DNA of 64,000 bases from Octopus vulgaris (taxonomy: Eukaryota): positions 119,908,001-119,972,000 of the forward strand of contig OX597819.1 in NCBI GenBank assembly GCA_951406725.2. Direction: 5' to 3'. Made by a program: the position numbers and the translations under genes. Positions 1 to 14,684 of this stretch are shown piece by piece; position 1 is the first letter of the stretch, and the number at the start of each line of letters is the position of its first letter. The notes below the pieces were generated by a model that was given only the letters and a program-made list of their open reading frames with translations, had not been told where the DNA came from and made no database searches.

Positions 1-24
1 CATCTATATATGTTTATGTATATG

Positions 25-82
<58 letters not shown>

Positions 83-105
83 TAGGATATATATAACCTT
101 GTATA

Positions 106-154
<49 letters not shown>

Positions 155-212
155 CAAACCAAAGTATGGGGTATATATATATATATTCAGTTCATACATA
201 AACATATATATG

Positions 213-292
<80 letters not shown>

Positions 293-295
293 ATA

Positions 296-646
296 TAATC
301 CCTGACGAAACCGGTATGACGTTTATACTTAGCGTGCATTTTTTTACCATATATACATATATATATACACACATTAGAAACAGGTTTCAAAGAAAAAAGA
401 CTACACGTGGTATAAATAGGAGAAAAGTAAAAAGGAACAAAGAAAATTGGCACGAGCTATAAAAGTATCGGCTTCTTTTGTATATACGAAAACAAAGATG
501 TTTACATACAAATAAATGATTATTGGTCGAATTAAGAAAGATGAAAATCATTATCGGGAATTAATATAGAATGTCATACCGGTTTCGTCAGCGATTACGA
601 AACCGGTATGACGTTTATACCTAGCGTGATTTTTTTTACTTTTCCG
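296..646. mobile_element. Short PLE pseudo-LTR-like fragments with hammerhead 3' halves (GAAACCGGTA), partly inverted, between (TA)n tracts
   Basis: CGAAACCGGTATGAC occurs at ~306 (+), ~599 (+) and inverted at ~574-588; palindromic ACCGGT; a CTGANGA half with a proper stem II is not evident. Confidence 0.5.
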
Positions 647-669
647 ATATATATATATATCTGTATGTA

Positions 670-710
<41 letters not shown>

Positions 711-2237
711 CTGTGTGTAATTACAAAGTGGAGAAGAAAAAGAGAAAAAACAACAACGCAAGGACGTGACACATAGAAATTGCATACATAAGGCACTTAG
801 AGAAGGAAAGAAAATACTTCTCCATTTCGCATCACTGTCTCTCCTTTCCTTCTCTGTCTCTTTATATATACAGTGGCGGACAAAATGGGTTTTGCAGTAA
901 ATCACTAAATCATCCATAACTTTTGTATTATCCTCTCAAATTACGCCGAAATCTCAGACAATAACAATTAATATTGTATGTTTAGTCTGTGAAAATTATA
1001 GAATTTAAAACAACTTTGATAAAAACTTATACTTACTTTTCTGACGAAAACAATGCTGTTCTGAACATTTTGGCCGCAACTGTATATATATTTAAAGAGA
1101 GAGCGGAGAGGGAATGAGAGACGAATGAGTGAAATCAAAAATGTAACATATGACACTCAACATACTTGGTTGCAAGTAGGTATTTGATAGAAGTTTTACT
1201 CGTCTCCACATTACTTTAATCTTATTTTCTTTCAACTAACCGTTGGTCTTTGAGGTTCAATCTCAAGTGTTTCTTCCACTTATAACTTAAGAAACTAAGC
1301 TTTTTTTATTCGTTCGCCATCTAAGACGGCTGTCGATTGCTTTGTCCTATCACGCTACGTATCCAACCACCTTCTCTCTTTGTAGCCTATCTCTCACAAA
1401 AAACATATTGCAAACACTTCAACTTCTAGATCTCATCCACTACAAATCCTTCTTTAATCTATCTCATATCATTATAACATATATTATTTAAATCTGAATT
1501 GCTGCCATCCAGCGATTCATTCAACACACTATTCCTTCTGGAATCCATTGAAGACGGACGAAGTGCTAAGCGGCATTTCATCCGGCATGCTAAAACAGCA
1601 ACAATAGTAATTCATTTACGTGTAGAATTATTTTAACTCGAGAATTACACTTGAATTGTGTGAGAAAAAGTGTGTGTGTATGTGTGTGTGAGTATGTATG
1701 TGTACGCGTGTGCCTATGTGTGTGTGCGTGCGAATATAAGTGTGTGTGTGTCAGAGAAAGTGAGAGAGAGAGAGAGAGAGAGAAAGCGAAATGGAGAAGT
1801 ACTTAATTTTAGAACTGGTTGATCTTACACACATATTCTTACAAAAACCTTGTTTCTAATAGATGAGAAAAACTAATATTTCTTGAATATTCGAAATTGT
1901 ACATATTAATAACATGTTTTAAGACGCCACAATTATACTTTTCCCCCAAGGCCTTCATCACAACTTCATCTAACTAGACTTTCTCGCTCAGGGAATTCGA
2001 TGGTATATCTCAGTTATTAATACAGATGATTACATGTGCGACTCGTGTGAAAAAACAATCAAAATGTATAAACGTACCATCTTTAAGCATGTTATTACAA
2101 AACACACAACTCCAAACACGTACAGACGTCATAACAGGAGCTTCTTGAAGGTTTTGTCTTTGTTGTTGTTGTTGCCGCTGCTGCATCTGTTACCGTTGTT
2201 GTTGTTGTTGTTTTGTGAGAGTGAGTTAATTCATATA

Positions 2238-2448
2238 CTCTTTTCTCTCTTTTACTTGTTTCAGTCATTTGACTGCGGCCATGCTGGAGCACCGCCTTTT
2301 AGTCGAGCAAATCGACCCCGGGACTTATTCTTTGTAAGCCCAGTACTTATTCTATCGGTCTCTTTTGCCGAACCGCTAGGTGACGGGGACGTAAACACAC
2401 CAGCATCGGTTGTCAAGCAATGCTAGAGGATCAAACACAGACACACAA

Positions 2449-2513
<65 letters not shown>

Positions 2514-2671
2514 TACGACAGGCTTCTTTCAGTTTCCATCTACCAAATCCACTCACAAGGCTTTGGTCGGCCCGAGGCTATAGCAGAAGACACTTGCCCA
2601 AGGTGCCACGCAGTGGGACTGAACCCAGAACCATGTGGTTGGTTAGCAAGCTACTTACCACGCAGCCACTC
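2238..2671 (-). mobile_element. SINE family A (tRNA-like head, internal (TA)n/(TG)n, GAGTAAAA-type tail)
   Basis: Near-identical to copies at 15652-16133, 43175-43640 and 51954-53248; A/B-box-like head GTGGCTG.GTGG...GGTTCAGTCCC. Confidence 0.85.
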
Positions 2672-2729
2672 TAACAAATTGTTATAATGCCTTCGCATCT
2701 TATGTTCATATTTTCGATATTTTACACGT

Positions 2730-3110
2730 GGAGGCGCAATGGCCCAGTGGTTAGGACAGCGGACTCGCGGTCATAGTATCGCGGTTTCGATTCCCAGACC
2801 GGGCGTTGTGAGTGTTTATTGAGCGAAAACACCTAAAGCTCCACGAGGCTCCGGCAGGGGATTGTGGTGATCCCTGCTGTACTCTTTCACCACAACTTTC
2901 TCTCACTCTTACTTCCTGTTTCTGTTGTACCTGTATTTCAAAGGGCCGGCCTTGTCACTCTCTGTGTCACGCTGAATATCCCCGAGAATTACGTTAAGGG
3001 TACACGTGTCTGTGGAGTACTTAGCCACTTACACGTTAATTTCACGAGCAGCTGTTCCGTTGATTCGGATCAACCGGATCACTCGTCGTCGTAACCGACG
3101 GAGTGCTTCC
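2730..3110 (+). mobile_element. SINE family B (tRNA-derived head)
   Basis: GGCGCAATGGCCCAGTGGTTAG...GGTTTCGATTCCC A/B boxes; repeated at ~23425, 23803, 24421, 36321, 55499. Confidence 0.85.
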
Positions 3111-3617
3111 ATTTTACACGTCTTCCAATTCACGAGATGTTATCTCATATAACTCTTACTGCCTGGTGCAATATTCTGTTTAACGCCAATTATAAGCAGG
3201 GAACTAAATAAATTAAACTGTTTTAAATTGTCATGTGGTGATAGTTTATGAATAGAACGTAATAAATGTCTCAGAGTATGCACGCATCGAAAACATTTAA
3301 TTTGTCTCATTTTAATTTCTTTTGTCACGTGTTTCTTTGCTTATGCCTACTTTATCGTTGGATATATGTGGTGTGTGCGTGCGTGTGTATGTGTGTGTGT
3401 ATGTGTGTGTACTTCATTTGTTTCATTTTCATTTCGTTTGTGGCGTATTTTTGTTTACTCCCTTTTTAGTTGTTAATTATACACACACACACACATATAT
3501 ATATATATGCACAAGCATACATACAAACATAGACATACGCATATATGCGAATGTACACATACATACATACATACATGATACACACATATACATAGTTGCA
3601 TATGCCAACACGCAGTC

Positions 3618-3676
<59 letters not shown>

Positions 3677-3743
3677 AAGAAGAAGAAGAAGAAGGACAAC
3701 TATGCTGCTGCTGATAATGATAATAATAATAGTAATAATAACA

Positions 3744-4404
<661 letters not shown>

Positions 4405-4427
4405 CAATAATAATAATAATAATAATA

Positions 4428-5110
4428 ATGTGATTTAAAACTGGAAACGGGGGCTCTAATCTGTGCTGCCCAAGAACAAGTACTAAGAACAAACTACATA
4501 AAATACAGAATAGACAAGACATCAGAAAGGGATAAATGCAGAATTTGTTAACAAAATGGTGAAACCGTATAGCATATTGCCAGCCAATGTACGTCACTAG
4601 CCTACAAGGAATATAGAAGATGCCACGACAATATAGCCAGGCTTGTCTACTGGACACTTTGCAACAAGTAAAGAATTGACAGAGTAAAACATTGGTACGA
4701 CCACAAACCCGAAGGCATAATCGAAAATGATAATGCAAAGATCCTGTATAATTTTATTATTCGGTGCATCCATGAGATAGAGGATAGGAAGCCAGACATA
4801 GTGTTATGTGACAAAGAGAGCAAACTATGCTGTCCAGCTGACAACAAGGTATGCAATATGGAAGAGAAAAGTCGAGAGATATGACAGGTTAATTTGGGAG
4901 GTTAAGCAGTTGTGGTCGATGAAAAAAGTGAGTTCTACATGGAAGAAATGGGGGGCTGCAATAAGGGTTGAGCATTTGCAGAAAACAGCACTGCTTGGAA
5001 CCGCTCGAATATTCCGAAAGGTGCTCGAAAAATAAAATGTGTTACCTTAGTTCAATGGTAGTCAACACCTGACACCGTAGTACATCTCCAGTGTAAGAAA
5101 CTGTGCAAAG
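4428..5110 (+). mobile_element. 5'-truncated, decayed R4/Dong-like non-LTR retrotransposon (zinc knuckle + RLE)
   Basis: Translates to LICAAQEQ.LRTNY, C..C knuckle, RHD, KPDIV, LQKTALLGTARIFRKVL; flanked by (TAA)n. Confidence 0.85.
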
Positions 5111-5141
5111 GCAATCAACAATAACAACAACAACAGCAATG

Positions 5142-5220
<79 letters not shown>

Positions 5221-5279
5221 TAATAATAATAGTAATAATAATAATAATAATAATAATAGTAATAATAATAATAATAATG

Positions 5280-5325
<46 letters not shown>

Positions 5326-6276
5326 GCGCACGAGCAATTGGCTGATAGGTGGGAGGAGAAACCTCTGCACGGCAAATATGTGACCCGCAGCAAACAAGCT
5401 GATGTTGACCAGAAGCAAACCCATCAGTGGCTGCGGAGCTCAGGGCTAAAAGCAGAGAGCGAAGGTTTCATCCTGGCTGCTCAAGACCAAAGCCTATTAA
5501 CCCGGAACTACCAGGCCAATGTGATGAAAATGGAGCAGACCCAAAATGCCGATTCTGCAACGACATGATTGAAACAGTGGACCACCTAATAACTCTGGAT
5601 GTAAAGTCTTAGCACCAGTGGAGTATAAATTAAGACATGACAGAGTTGGCCAATATCTCCACTGGCTAATAAGTCGGCATTACAATATCAAAACTGCCGA
5701 CAAGTGGTATAATCACCACCCTGAGGCTGTAACTGAAGGAGAAAATGTAACCATTCTGTGGGACTTTCCAGCACATACAGACCGAACCATCAAGGCCAAT
5801 AAACCAGATATTGTTGTGAAAGACCAAAACAATAAAGTTTGCTTATTGATCGACATGAGCATCCCCTGTGATCATAATATCTCAGCGAAAGAGTTTGACA
5901 AGCTCAGAAAATATAAAGACCTACTCATTGAAATTGAGAAAATGTGGCATCTCAAGGCGGTTACAATACCAGTGATCGTAGGAGCACTAGGAATGATCAA
6001 GAAGGGAACCGAAAATTATATGAGAATGATCCCTGGCTTACCATCCCTGCAAGAAGTGCAAAAGATTGTCTTAACTGGTACATCACACGTATTGAGAAGA
6101 GCATTGTCGAACTGTTGCTGCTCATGTATTTTAATTTAACTTAAAAAAAAAAAAAATGAACGAACTACTGAGTTTGGTTTAATGGCCTACCAATATACAC
6201 TATGAGTTTCTTTGCCCTAGGAGTCGGGAAGACACTCGGCAAGAAATGGAAGAAAATTTGAAAGAAGAAAAAAAAA
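5326..6276 (+). mobile_element. 5'-truncated R4/Dong-like non-LTR retrotransposon
   Basis: ORFs 5338-5568, 5427-5612, 5618-6139: LHGKY, AAQDQSL, CRFC..ETVDHL, RHD, KPDIVVKD..LLID..K..KY (PD-(D/E)xK RLE), IPVIVGALG; (TAA)n on both sides. Confidence 0.92.
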
Positions 6277-6321
6277 GTAATAATAATAATAATAATAATA
6301 ATAATATTAATGATAATAATA

Positions 6322-6384
<63 letters not shown>

Positions 6385-6405
6385 GTAATAATAATAATAA
6401 TAATG

Positions 6406-6461
<56 letters not shown>

Positions 6462-6464
<3 letters not shown>

Positions 6465-6992
6465 CATGCCTACAGAGTACCTCAGTAGGCATGATAGAGC
6501 TGCAGAATATATTCACTGGGTAATTTGCAAAAACCTGGATTTGCCCCATGAAAAAAACTGGTGGGAACACAATCCACCTCCTGTGCTTGAAAATGACCAC
6601 ATCTCACTCCTCTGGAACTTCACCATTCAAACTGACAGGAAGATAGATGCAAATAGGCCAGACATCATATTGAAAGAATTCAGACAAAGAACATGCCTCC
6701 TCATTGATATGACTGTCCCAATCGATATAAACGTATCTGTCAAGACCTACCAAAAACTGAGCAAATATAAAGATCTTGAAATAGAAATCAGCAAAACGTT
6801 GGAACCTGAAGACTAAAACAATACCTGTTGTCATAGGTGCCCTGGGAATGATAGCGAAAGGGACTGATTGCTACCTAACTCAGATACCAGGAAACCCCAA
6901 AATGGCAGAAATTCAAAAGATAGTGCTCATGGGAACTGCTCATATCCTACGCAAAATACTCTCTATGTAATCCCAAGGTTTAAAACAAACTT

Positions 6993-7025
<33 letters not shown>

Positions 7026-7190
7026 ATTTTTATGTATTAGACATTCACTAGTACAACACCAAAAAAAAAAGAAAAAAAGGAAAAAAAAACCAAATATATG
7101 GCACAGAACTTCCAACCTTTTGTCTCTTGATGTCTCTGGGTGAGACTTGGAGCCAACTTGTACAGACATAAAGCAAAAGTCAAACATAGA
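6462..7190 (+). mobile_element. 5'-truncated R4/Dong-like element (RLE domain)
   Basis: EYLSRHD..YIHW, LLWNFTIQTD, NRPDIILK, LLID, K..KY; (TAA)n flanks. Confidence 0.9.
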
Positions 7191-7208
7191 ATAATAATAC
7201 TAATAATA

Positions 7209-7266
<58 letters not shown>

Positions 7267-7292
7267 TAATAATAATAATAGTAATAATAATG

Positions 7293-7349
<57 letters not shown>

Positions 7350-7374
7350 GTAATAATAATTAATCCTTTCTACT

Positions 7375-8234
7375 AAAGGTAATGGATGATTGCAAAGATA
7401 AAGCAATGTACAAGCAGGTGAAAATGAATGAAACTGAAAATAGGTGGATATAGAAAAGGATATATAGCCTAAAAGTGATTTATAGACGGAAGCGGAAACT
7501 CCAATCTGTGCTGCCCAAGAGCAAGCATTAAGAACAAATTAATTCAAATACAGAATAGACAACACAACAGAAAGTGCAAAATGCAGAATGTTTTGATAAG
7601 ATGGTGAAACTGTAGGGTATATTACTAATCAATGTACGCCTCTAGCCCAGAAGGAATATAAAAGACGCCACGACAATATAGCAAGGCTTGTTCATTGGAC
7701 ACTTTGCAACAAGTATGTACTTGACAGAGCAAAAAATGTGGTACGAACATAAACCCTAAGGCATAATCGAAAATGATAGTGCAAAGGTCCTATGGTATTT
7801 TATGATTCAGTGCGACCATGAGATAGAGAATAGGGAGTCAGACATAGTGTTAATTGACAAAGTAATTAAAAGACGCTGGATCATAGATATAGCATGCCCA
7901 GCTGACAAAAAGGTGTGTAATAAGGAAGAGTGAAAAGTCGATGGATATGACAGGTTAGATTGGGAGGTTAAGTAGTTGTGGCTTCTGATAAAGGTGGTGG
8001 TGGAACCAATAATTGTCGGAGCCCCGCAAACAGTGGGTAATAATCTTGAGAAGTACATTGAACAAATAGGGGCTGCAATAAGGGTGGAGCACTTGCAGAA
8101 AACAGCACAGCTTGGAACCGCACGAATACTCCCGATGGTGCTCGAAAAATAAGGAGTGTTAACTTACTTCTCTGGTAGTGAACAGCTGGCACTGTAGTAC
8201 ATCTCCAGCGTTAGCAACTGTGCAACGACAATAG

Positions 8235-8235
<1 letters not shown>
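7375..8235 (+). mobile_element. Decayed R4/Dong-like element, same subfamily as 4428-5110
   Basis: Nucleotide similarity to 4428-5110 and 9987-10560 including the 3' UTR (gtagtacatctccagcgttag); stops and frameshifts. Confidence 0.85.
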
Positions 8236-8297
<62 letters not shown>

Positions 8298-8334
8298 AAG
8301 AAGAAGAAGAAGAAGAAGAAGAAGACGAAGAAGA

Positions 8335-8399
<65 letters not shown>

Positions 8400-8619
8400 G
8401 ATGGTGATGAGTTAGAAATATTTCACAAGGGCAGCAATTTTGGAAGAGATGTAAGTCGATTACATCTACTTCAGTGTTTGACTGGGACTTATTTTACGAA
8501 AGAACGAAAAATAAATTTGACCTTGACGTGATTTGAACTCCGATCGTAAAGACAGACGTAATGTCGCGAATCGTTTTGACAGTCCCAGTAACGATTCTGC
8601 AATTTCATAAAATAATGAT

Positions 8620-8960
8620 ATCGACCATCTGTTAAGTGAATGCTCTAAACTTGCTCAAATATTGTATTAGGATGTCAGCCAAGTGTGTGGATTGAAAGCA
8701 GAGAATGTAATGGGGTGAGAACGAGCCAAAAGTTGTGATTTACAATGATAATTATATGGCTTTAGCAAATTTCCCCATAAAGAAAAAAGAAAACTAGATA
8801 TGGTAATAGAGGCCAAAAAATGAAAAATGCGATGCCAAATAATTATGGGGTTGATACCAAAGAAATTCTTAAAAATTGAGAAATATCAGGATCTAATTAG
8901 CGATTTGAAGAGATTGGGGATGCTAAAGGTTAATGCTTGTTTGTGTAGTGCTCCTAGAAC
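8620..8960 (+). pseudogene. Highly decayed RLE fragment
   Basis: Remnants DHLLSECSKLA, KLDMVIE, KIEKYQDL. Confidence 0.45.
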
Positions 8961-9337
8961 AACACATGGCGGCCTCTGTGTGAATTACTCTTCGTGGCTA
9001 CACAACAATGTATTTGAATTGCAGCAAATATATGGAACCAATTTCGTCTGACTCGTCACCTGAATCAGACGTTTTCCAGGTCCATATGGAAGGTTTCAGT
9101 GTTAATGACTATCACTATTTTCTGAGATGCTGAAGATTATACAAATTTAATATTAAACTATCCAGCTCCATCCAGCTCCATCCAGGATTAGGACCCGAAT
9201 GACCATCGTGATTTCTTCAAGTTCACATTAGCACATTATCGAAATGGCAGCAGAACCAGTCAAATGTTTGAAATACAGATGAATGTTTAAAGGTTAATGT
9301 ACCCCAGCACATAATAGCTATTCTCACACAGGTTTGT

Positions 9338-9570
9338 TATTTCTTTACTGCCCACAAGGGGCTAAACATAGAGGGGACAAACAAGGACAGACAAACGGAT
9401 TAAGTCGATTACATCGACCCCAGTGCGTAACTGATATTTAATTTATCGTCCTCGAAAGGATGAAAGGCAAAGTCGACCTCGGCGGAATTTGAACTCAGAA
9501 CGTAACGGCAGACGAAATACGGCAACACATTTCGCCCGGCGTGCTAACGTTTCTACCAGCGCGCAGCCTT
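9338..9570 (-). mobile_element. SINE family C
   Basis: Matches 22277-22725 and 56449-56785 (GTTCTGAGTTCAAATTCCGCCGAGGTCGACTTTGCC core). Confidence 0.85.
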
Positions 9571-9986
9571 AATTCTCACACAGGTTTGTGTCCTGCCACT
9601 AACGTTACGGAATGATATACTCCAACGAGTGCCTCCAGGAGTCTGGAAGAATCTATTTTCTACGTTTTGCAGCAGAATTGACCTCTAGTCTCAATATTTC
9701 AAAGACCCTTACAGCACAAGTCAAATTACATGGTTTTCGGACCTGCGGCCACGCCTTTCGTTCAGGACCGACCTAAATGAGTGTAAACGGCATAGATGTC
9801 CAGGAGGACACCGTGATATCGCATTTTGGATCAATGGTCTTGTTATTTCTTACTGCGTCCTGATATATTGACCTGAGGTTAAAACTTCGGTGTCACAATC
9901 GCCCCACGGTTATAAGCTTCATAAATTCTATTCTAAGTAGAAACATAATAATAATAACAACAATAATAATAATAACAACAACAACA

Positions 9987-10558
9987 CCCAGAAGGAATAT
10001 AAGAGACGCCACGACAATATAGAAAGGCTTGTCCATTGGACACTTTACAACAAGTATGGACTTGACAGTGGTACGACCACAAACCCGAAGGCATAATCGA
10101 AAATGATAATGCAAAGATCTTGTGGGACTTTTTGATTCAGTGCGATCATGAGATAGAGTATAGGAAGTCAGACATAGTCTTAATTGAGAAAGAGAGCAAA
10201 CTATGCTGGATCATAGATATAGCATACCCAGCTGACAACAAGGTATGCGATAAGGAAGAAAGAAAAGTCAATCGATATGATATGTTAGTTTGGGAGGTTA
10301 AGCAGTTATGGGCGATGAAAAAAATAGAAGGAATAACAATAATTTTCGTAACCCTAGGAACAATGAGTAAAAATCTTGAGAAGTACATGGAACAAATAGG
10401 GCTGCAATAAGAGTTGAGTACTTTCAGAAAACAGCACGGCTTGGAACCGCTCGAATATTCCCGAAGGTACTCGAAAATTAAGAGATGTTACCTTAGTTCA
10501 CTGATAGTGAACAGCTGACACTGTAGTACATCTCCAGCGTTAGAAACTGTGCAAAGGC

Positions 10559-10560
<2 letters not shown>
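9987..10560 (+). mobile_element. 5'-truncated R4/Dong-like element
   Basis: ORF 10120-10410: WDFLIQCD, KSDIVLIEK, CWIIDIAYP; ends in (TAA)n. Confidence 0.85.
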
Positions 10561-10618
<58 letters not shown>

Positions 10619-11499
10619 TTAAGATTTTGACACAAGGCCGGCAATTTCGGAATCGAAGATAAGTTGATTACATCGACCGAAGTATTCTACTCGTATATAT
10701 TTGATCGGCCACAAAAGGATAGAAGGCAAATTCAACCTCGGTAGAATCTGAACACAGAACGTAATGAATCGGAAAAATTGCTGGTAAGCATATTGTCTGA
10801 CGCGCTAAACATTCATTCAGATAATGAAGGGGAGAACGCTGTTGCAGAAGGAGGAGGAGGAGGAGGAGGAGGAGGAGGGAGAAGTGGAGCAGCAGAAGAC
10901 GAAGAAGAAGGAAACGAAGAAGAAGAAGAAGAAGAAGAAGAAGAAGAAGAAGAAGAAAAAGAAGAAGAAGAAGAAGAAGAAGAAGAAGAAGAAGAAGAAG
11001 AAGAAGAAGAAGGCGATGATAATGATGGCGATGATGATGATGACGAAGACGAGGATACTGCTAACTAATAGGAGGAAGAACCAGAGGAAAAAAAGGTAAT
11101 GAGCCGATTCATAAAAGAGAAGGTAATTTCCTTCTACTCAGCCTAGAGATATAACTAATCAGCTTTTTGTAATTAACAGGTAATAACCCAAAACAACATT
11201 CTTGCAGTAAACACGAAGTTTTAATAGTGAAATATGAATAAAAGCAACAGAAATGTTTGATATAAAACATATTACATGTATCTTGTTACTTTTCCCTCAA
11301 AATATATAATTATGTTTTCGAAAATCCTTCAGGAAAAGAATTCATGGATTTTTTTTTTCACAATTATTATTTGTATTACATATAATTCTGGCCAAATGTA
11401 TGCTACGATAAACAGAATTATGAATTTATCGTCTCTCACGAGACGATAATGCATATCATTAATCCAGAGTTATTGGGAGTGTGACTTTCAGTTTAGATG

Positions 11500-11900
11500 T
11501 TGGTTTCAAATTTTGGTATAGAGCAAGCAATCCTTTAGGGGGAATTAAGACAATTACATCGACCCCGGTGATCAACTGGTACTTATTTTATCGACCATGA
11601 AAGCTTGCAAAGCAAAGTCGAACTCGGCGGAATTTGAACTCAGAACGTAAAGACAGACGAAATACCTATTTTTATTTCTTTACTACACACAAGGGGCTAA
11701 ACACAGAGAGCACAAACAAGGACAGACAAACGGATTAAGTCGATTATATCGACCCCAGTGCGTAACTGGTACTTATTTAATCGATCCCGAAAGGATGAAA
11801 GGCAAAGTCGACCTCGGCGGAATTCGAACTCAGAACGTAGCGGCAGACGAAATACCGCTAAGCATGTTACCCAGCGTGCTAAAATTTAGCCAGCTCACAG
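11500..11900 (-). mobile_element. SINE family C, tandem/dimeric
   Basis: Two successive copies of the family C core. Confidence 0.75.
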
Positions 11901-12917
11901 CTTTACTTTTCTTCTAAATATCGGTTTCAAATTTTATCACAAGGCCAGCAATTTAAAGAGGCAGGGCAGAACGATTACATCGACACGAGTGCTCAACTGG
12001 TATTTATTTTATCGACTTCCACATTCGTTTATAATTGAGTACGTGCATATCTGTTACAGCTCACAGAAGAAAACTGCAGTTGAGTTGGAACAATTCGTTA
12101 GAGCAGAAGGGAATTCCCAGAAGTACAACGGTGTTTGTTTATGTTCCCGTAACGTAGAACTTCGGCAAAAGAGAAAGAGACGATAAATAGCAGACATTAA
12201 AATAAGAAATTCCAGGGGCCAATTTAGTTGTATAAACCCTTCAATGCAGCGTCTTAGCCTTGCTACAAACCAAGAAGCGGAAGACGTGTAAAGCATAAAA
12301 CTTAGATCTGACTTTACTCTAAGTTTATATGTGTAGTTAGGTTTTCCATTGACAAGTTTGACGCCTTTGTGTTTCGTTGGTTGAACGCTTTCTGGGGCTG
12401 CAGATAATTTCTTTCAAACCGTGTAATCACACTGATCCGTGTATAAACAAATTTGAAAACTTTATAGATACAATTAAAAGCAGCCGTTTATTTGTGACCA
12501 TTCTCTTTGGTAATTGGTATTAATGTTACAAATACGACCTTTACAATTAATTCATATGTGAAAATACTTGGCCTTTGTTAATGTGCTGTCTGTTCGTTAA
12601 AACTATGAAAGTTAATTTCAATTTAATGTTTACTGTTTATTCTCGATATGTGACAGGAATCACAATAACTTCAAATATTACTCTCAAATGATATTTAAAT
12701 GTATTTGAAGTAATATTTAAATATTAGATGAGGATGAGTTCATTTATGCTTTCAAGCTAGAAAAATGCTTACAATATTTTCACAAATTCATTACTTCATT
12801 AATTCCTTGAAATTCTTACTGTTGCTTGTGAGTGGATAATGATTAACAGAGACAGAGTGCTGAACAGAATGACCACTCTCACTTTATAGGTTTCGTGCCT
12901 ATATGGAAAATATTATC

Positions 12918-12971
<54 letters not shown>

Positions 12972-12974
12972 GTC

Positions 12975-14598
12975 ATTTACTTTTAATCTGCATGTTTGAT
13001 GCAATCACTTGCCGGGGCACACCCAGCGCCCTAGGGCAAGTGAAGGTTAAGAGTTGTTGAAATATAGCTGAAAGCTTGGGGAGGGGAAGTAGAGAAATAT
13101 CTTCATGTAATGCAACACAAACATTTACATTGATAGGGTTTTTCTAAGGATGTGGGCAATACTTGTTAGCACAATCTTTTGGATTTCCTTGCGACATGGT
13201 TCTCCAGGGATATTGTCTAGGTGTTTCTGACATCCCATTTTTATGATACCTAGGGCACCTACAATAACAGGAACAGTTTTTGTTTTAAGATTCCACATCT
13301 TTTGTATTTCGATTTCCAGGTCCTTATATTTACTAAGTTTGTCAAATTCCTTTACAGATATATTTTTATTAGTGGGGACGCTTACCTCTATTAGTCTGCA
13401 GGTATTTTCTTCCCTGTCTTTATCAATTATGTCTGGTCGATTAGCCTTGATCGTTCTGTCAGTGTTGACTGGAAAATCCCAGAGGTTGGTAACATTTTTA
13501 CCTTCAACAACTGGCTGAGGATGGTGTTCATATCAGTTAGCAGGAGTGCCGAATTTGTAGTGTTTACATATCTTCCAATGTATATACTGTCCTACCCTAT
13601 CGTGGCGACTTTTGTATTCGTTTGGTGTCAGCACAGGACATCCTGAAACGAGATGGTCTATCGTTTCGTCAAATGTGTCGCAGAATCTGCATTTAGGGTC
13701 AGTATCGTTTCGGAGAACGTTAGCCTGATAATTTCTGGTAAACAAGCTTTGATCTTGTGCTGCCAGTATGAAGCCTTCAGTCTTTGCTTTCAATCCTGAA
13801 CTCTTCAGCCACTGATGGGTTGTTGTTTGGTCTACATCAGCATTTTGGCTTCGGAGAATATATTGTCCATGCAGGGGCTTCTGGCTCCACCGCCTCTCAA
13901 TTTGATTCTGCCCGTTCTTTTTTGCAGTCTGCTTGATTCGCTTTGCTTGCGTGGTAGCAGTGGTTTCCGGCTCTTCATCTGATTCAAGGTTAATGTCTAG
14001 TTCCCTTTCAAATTTATAAGCTTCCTTGACAATAGAATGCAGCTTTTTGCTGCTTTCGTGTTCGCACACAAGTCGCAGCATCCAGTCCTTTGTACTAGAT
14101 AGGTACCTGTTCATTCCTACATTGGAGGTCTTATAGCACAGCTCTAATTGCATCATTCCTCTCCCCACCGCTGCTTCTGGGTAGGTACAGGCGGTCTACA
14201 TCTGCCTTAGGGTGGTGCATGTTCTTGGATGTCAGTAATTTTCTTGTCTTCCTGTCCAAGCGTTGGAGTTCCGTAAGGTTCCAGTTAATGTTAAAACTGT
14301 ACTGGTCTACTGGAAGTACCAGGGTGTTAATGGCCTCAATGCAATTTTTGGAGTTGAGTTCAGTCTTCAGTACAAGCCTTATACTCCTATAGTATTCCTT
14401 TCTTATTTTTTTCCTTCATAGTAGCATGATGTATACTATCTCCTTCGTTGATTCCTAGGTATTTGTAACTTTCTTGTGGGTCAAGTTCCTTGATGGTAGT
14501 GTCAATATCTAATTTAACAGAAGCTGTTTGCCTGATCTTGCCTCTTACAAAAGTTGCTTTAGCACACTTATCAAGGCCAAAATCCATTCCGATATCAT
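12975..14598 (-). mobile_element. R4/Dong-like non-LTR retrotransposon, RT C-terminus to RLE, frameshifted
   Basis: MDFGLDKCA, YKYLG, HHPKADVDRLYLPR, LHGQY, AAQDQ, CRFC..DHLVSGC, RHD, RPDII; flanked by (TTA)n. Confidence 0.93.
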
Positions 14599-14612
14599 TG
14601 TTATTATTATTA

Positions 14613-14683
<71 letters not shown>

Positions 14684-14684
14684 A

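Noticed and set aside
869-930. Tc1-like terminus TA-CAGTGGCGGACAAAA
   Set aside because: No matching opposite TIR or transposase remnant found
2730-2805. tRNA gene
   Set aside because: A/B boxes present but no complete cloverleaf; continues into a repeated SINE body
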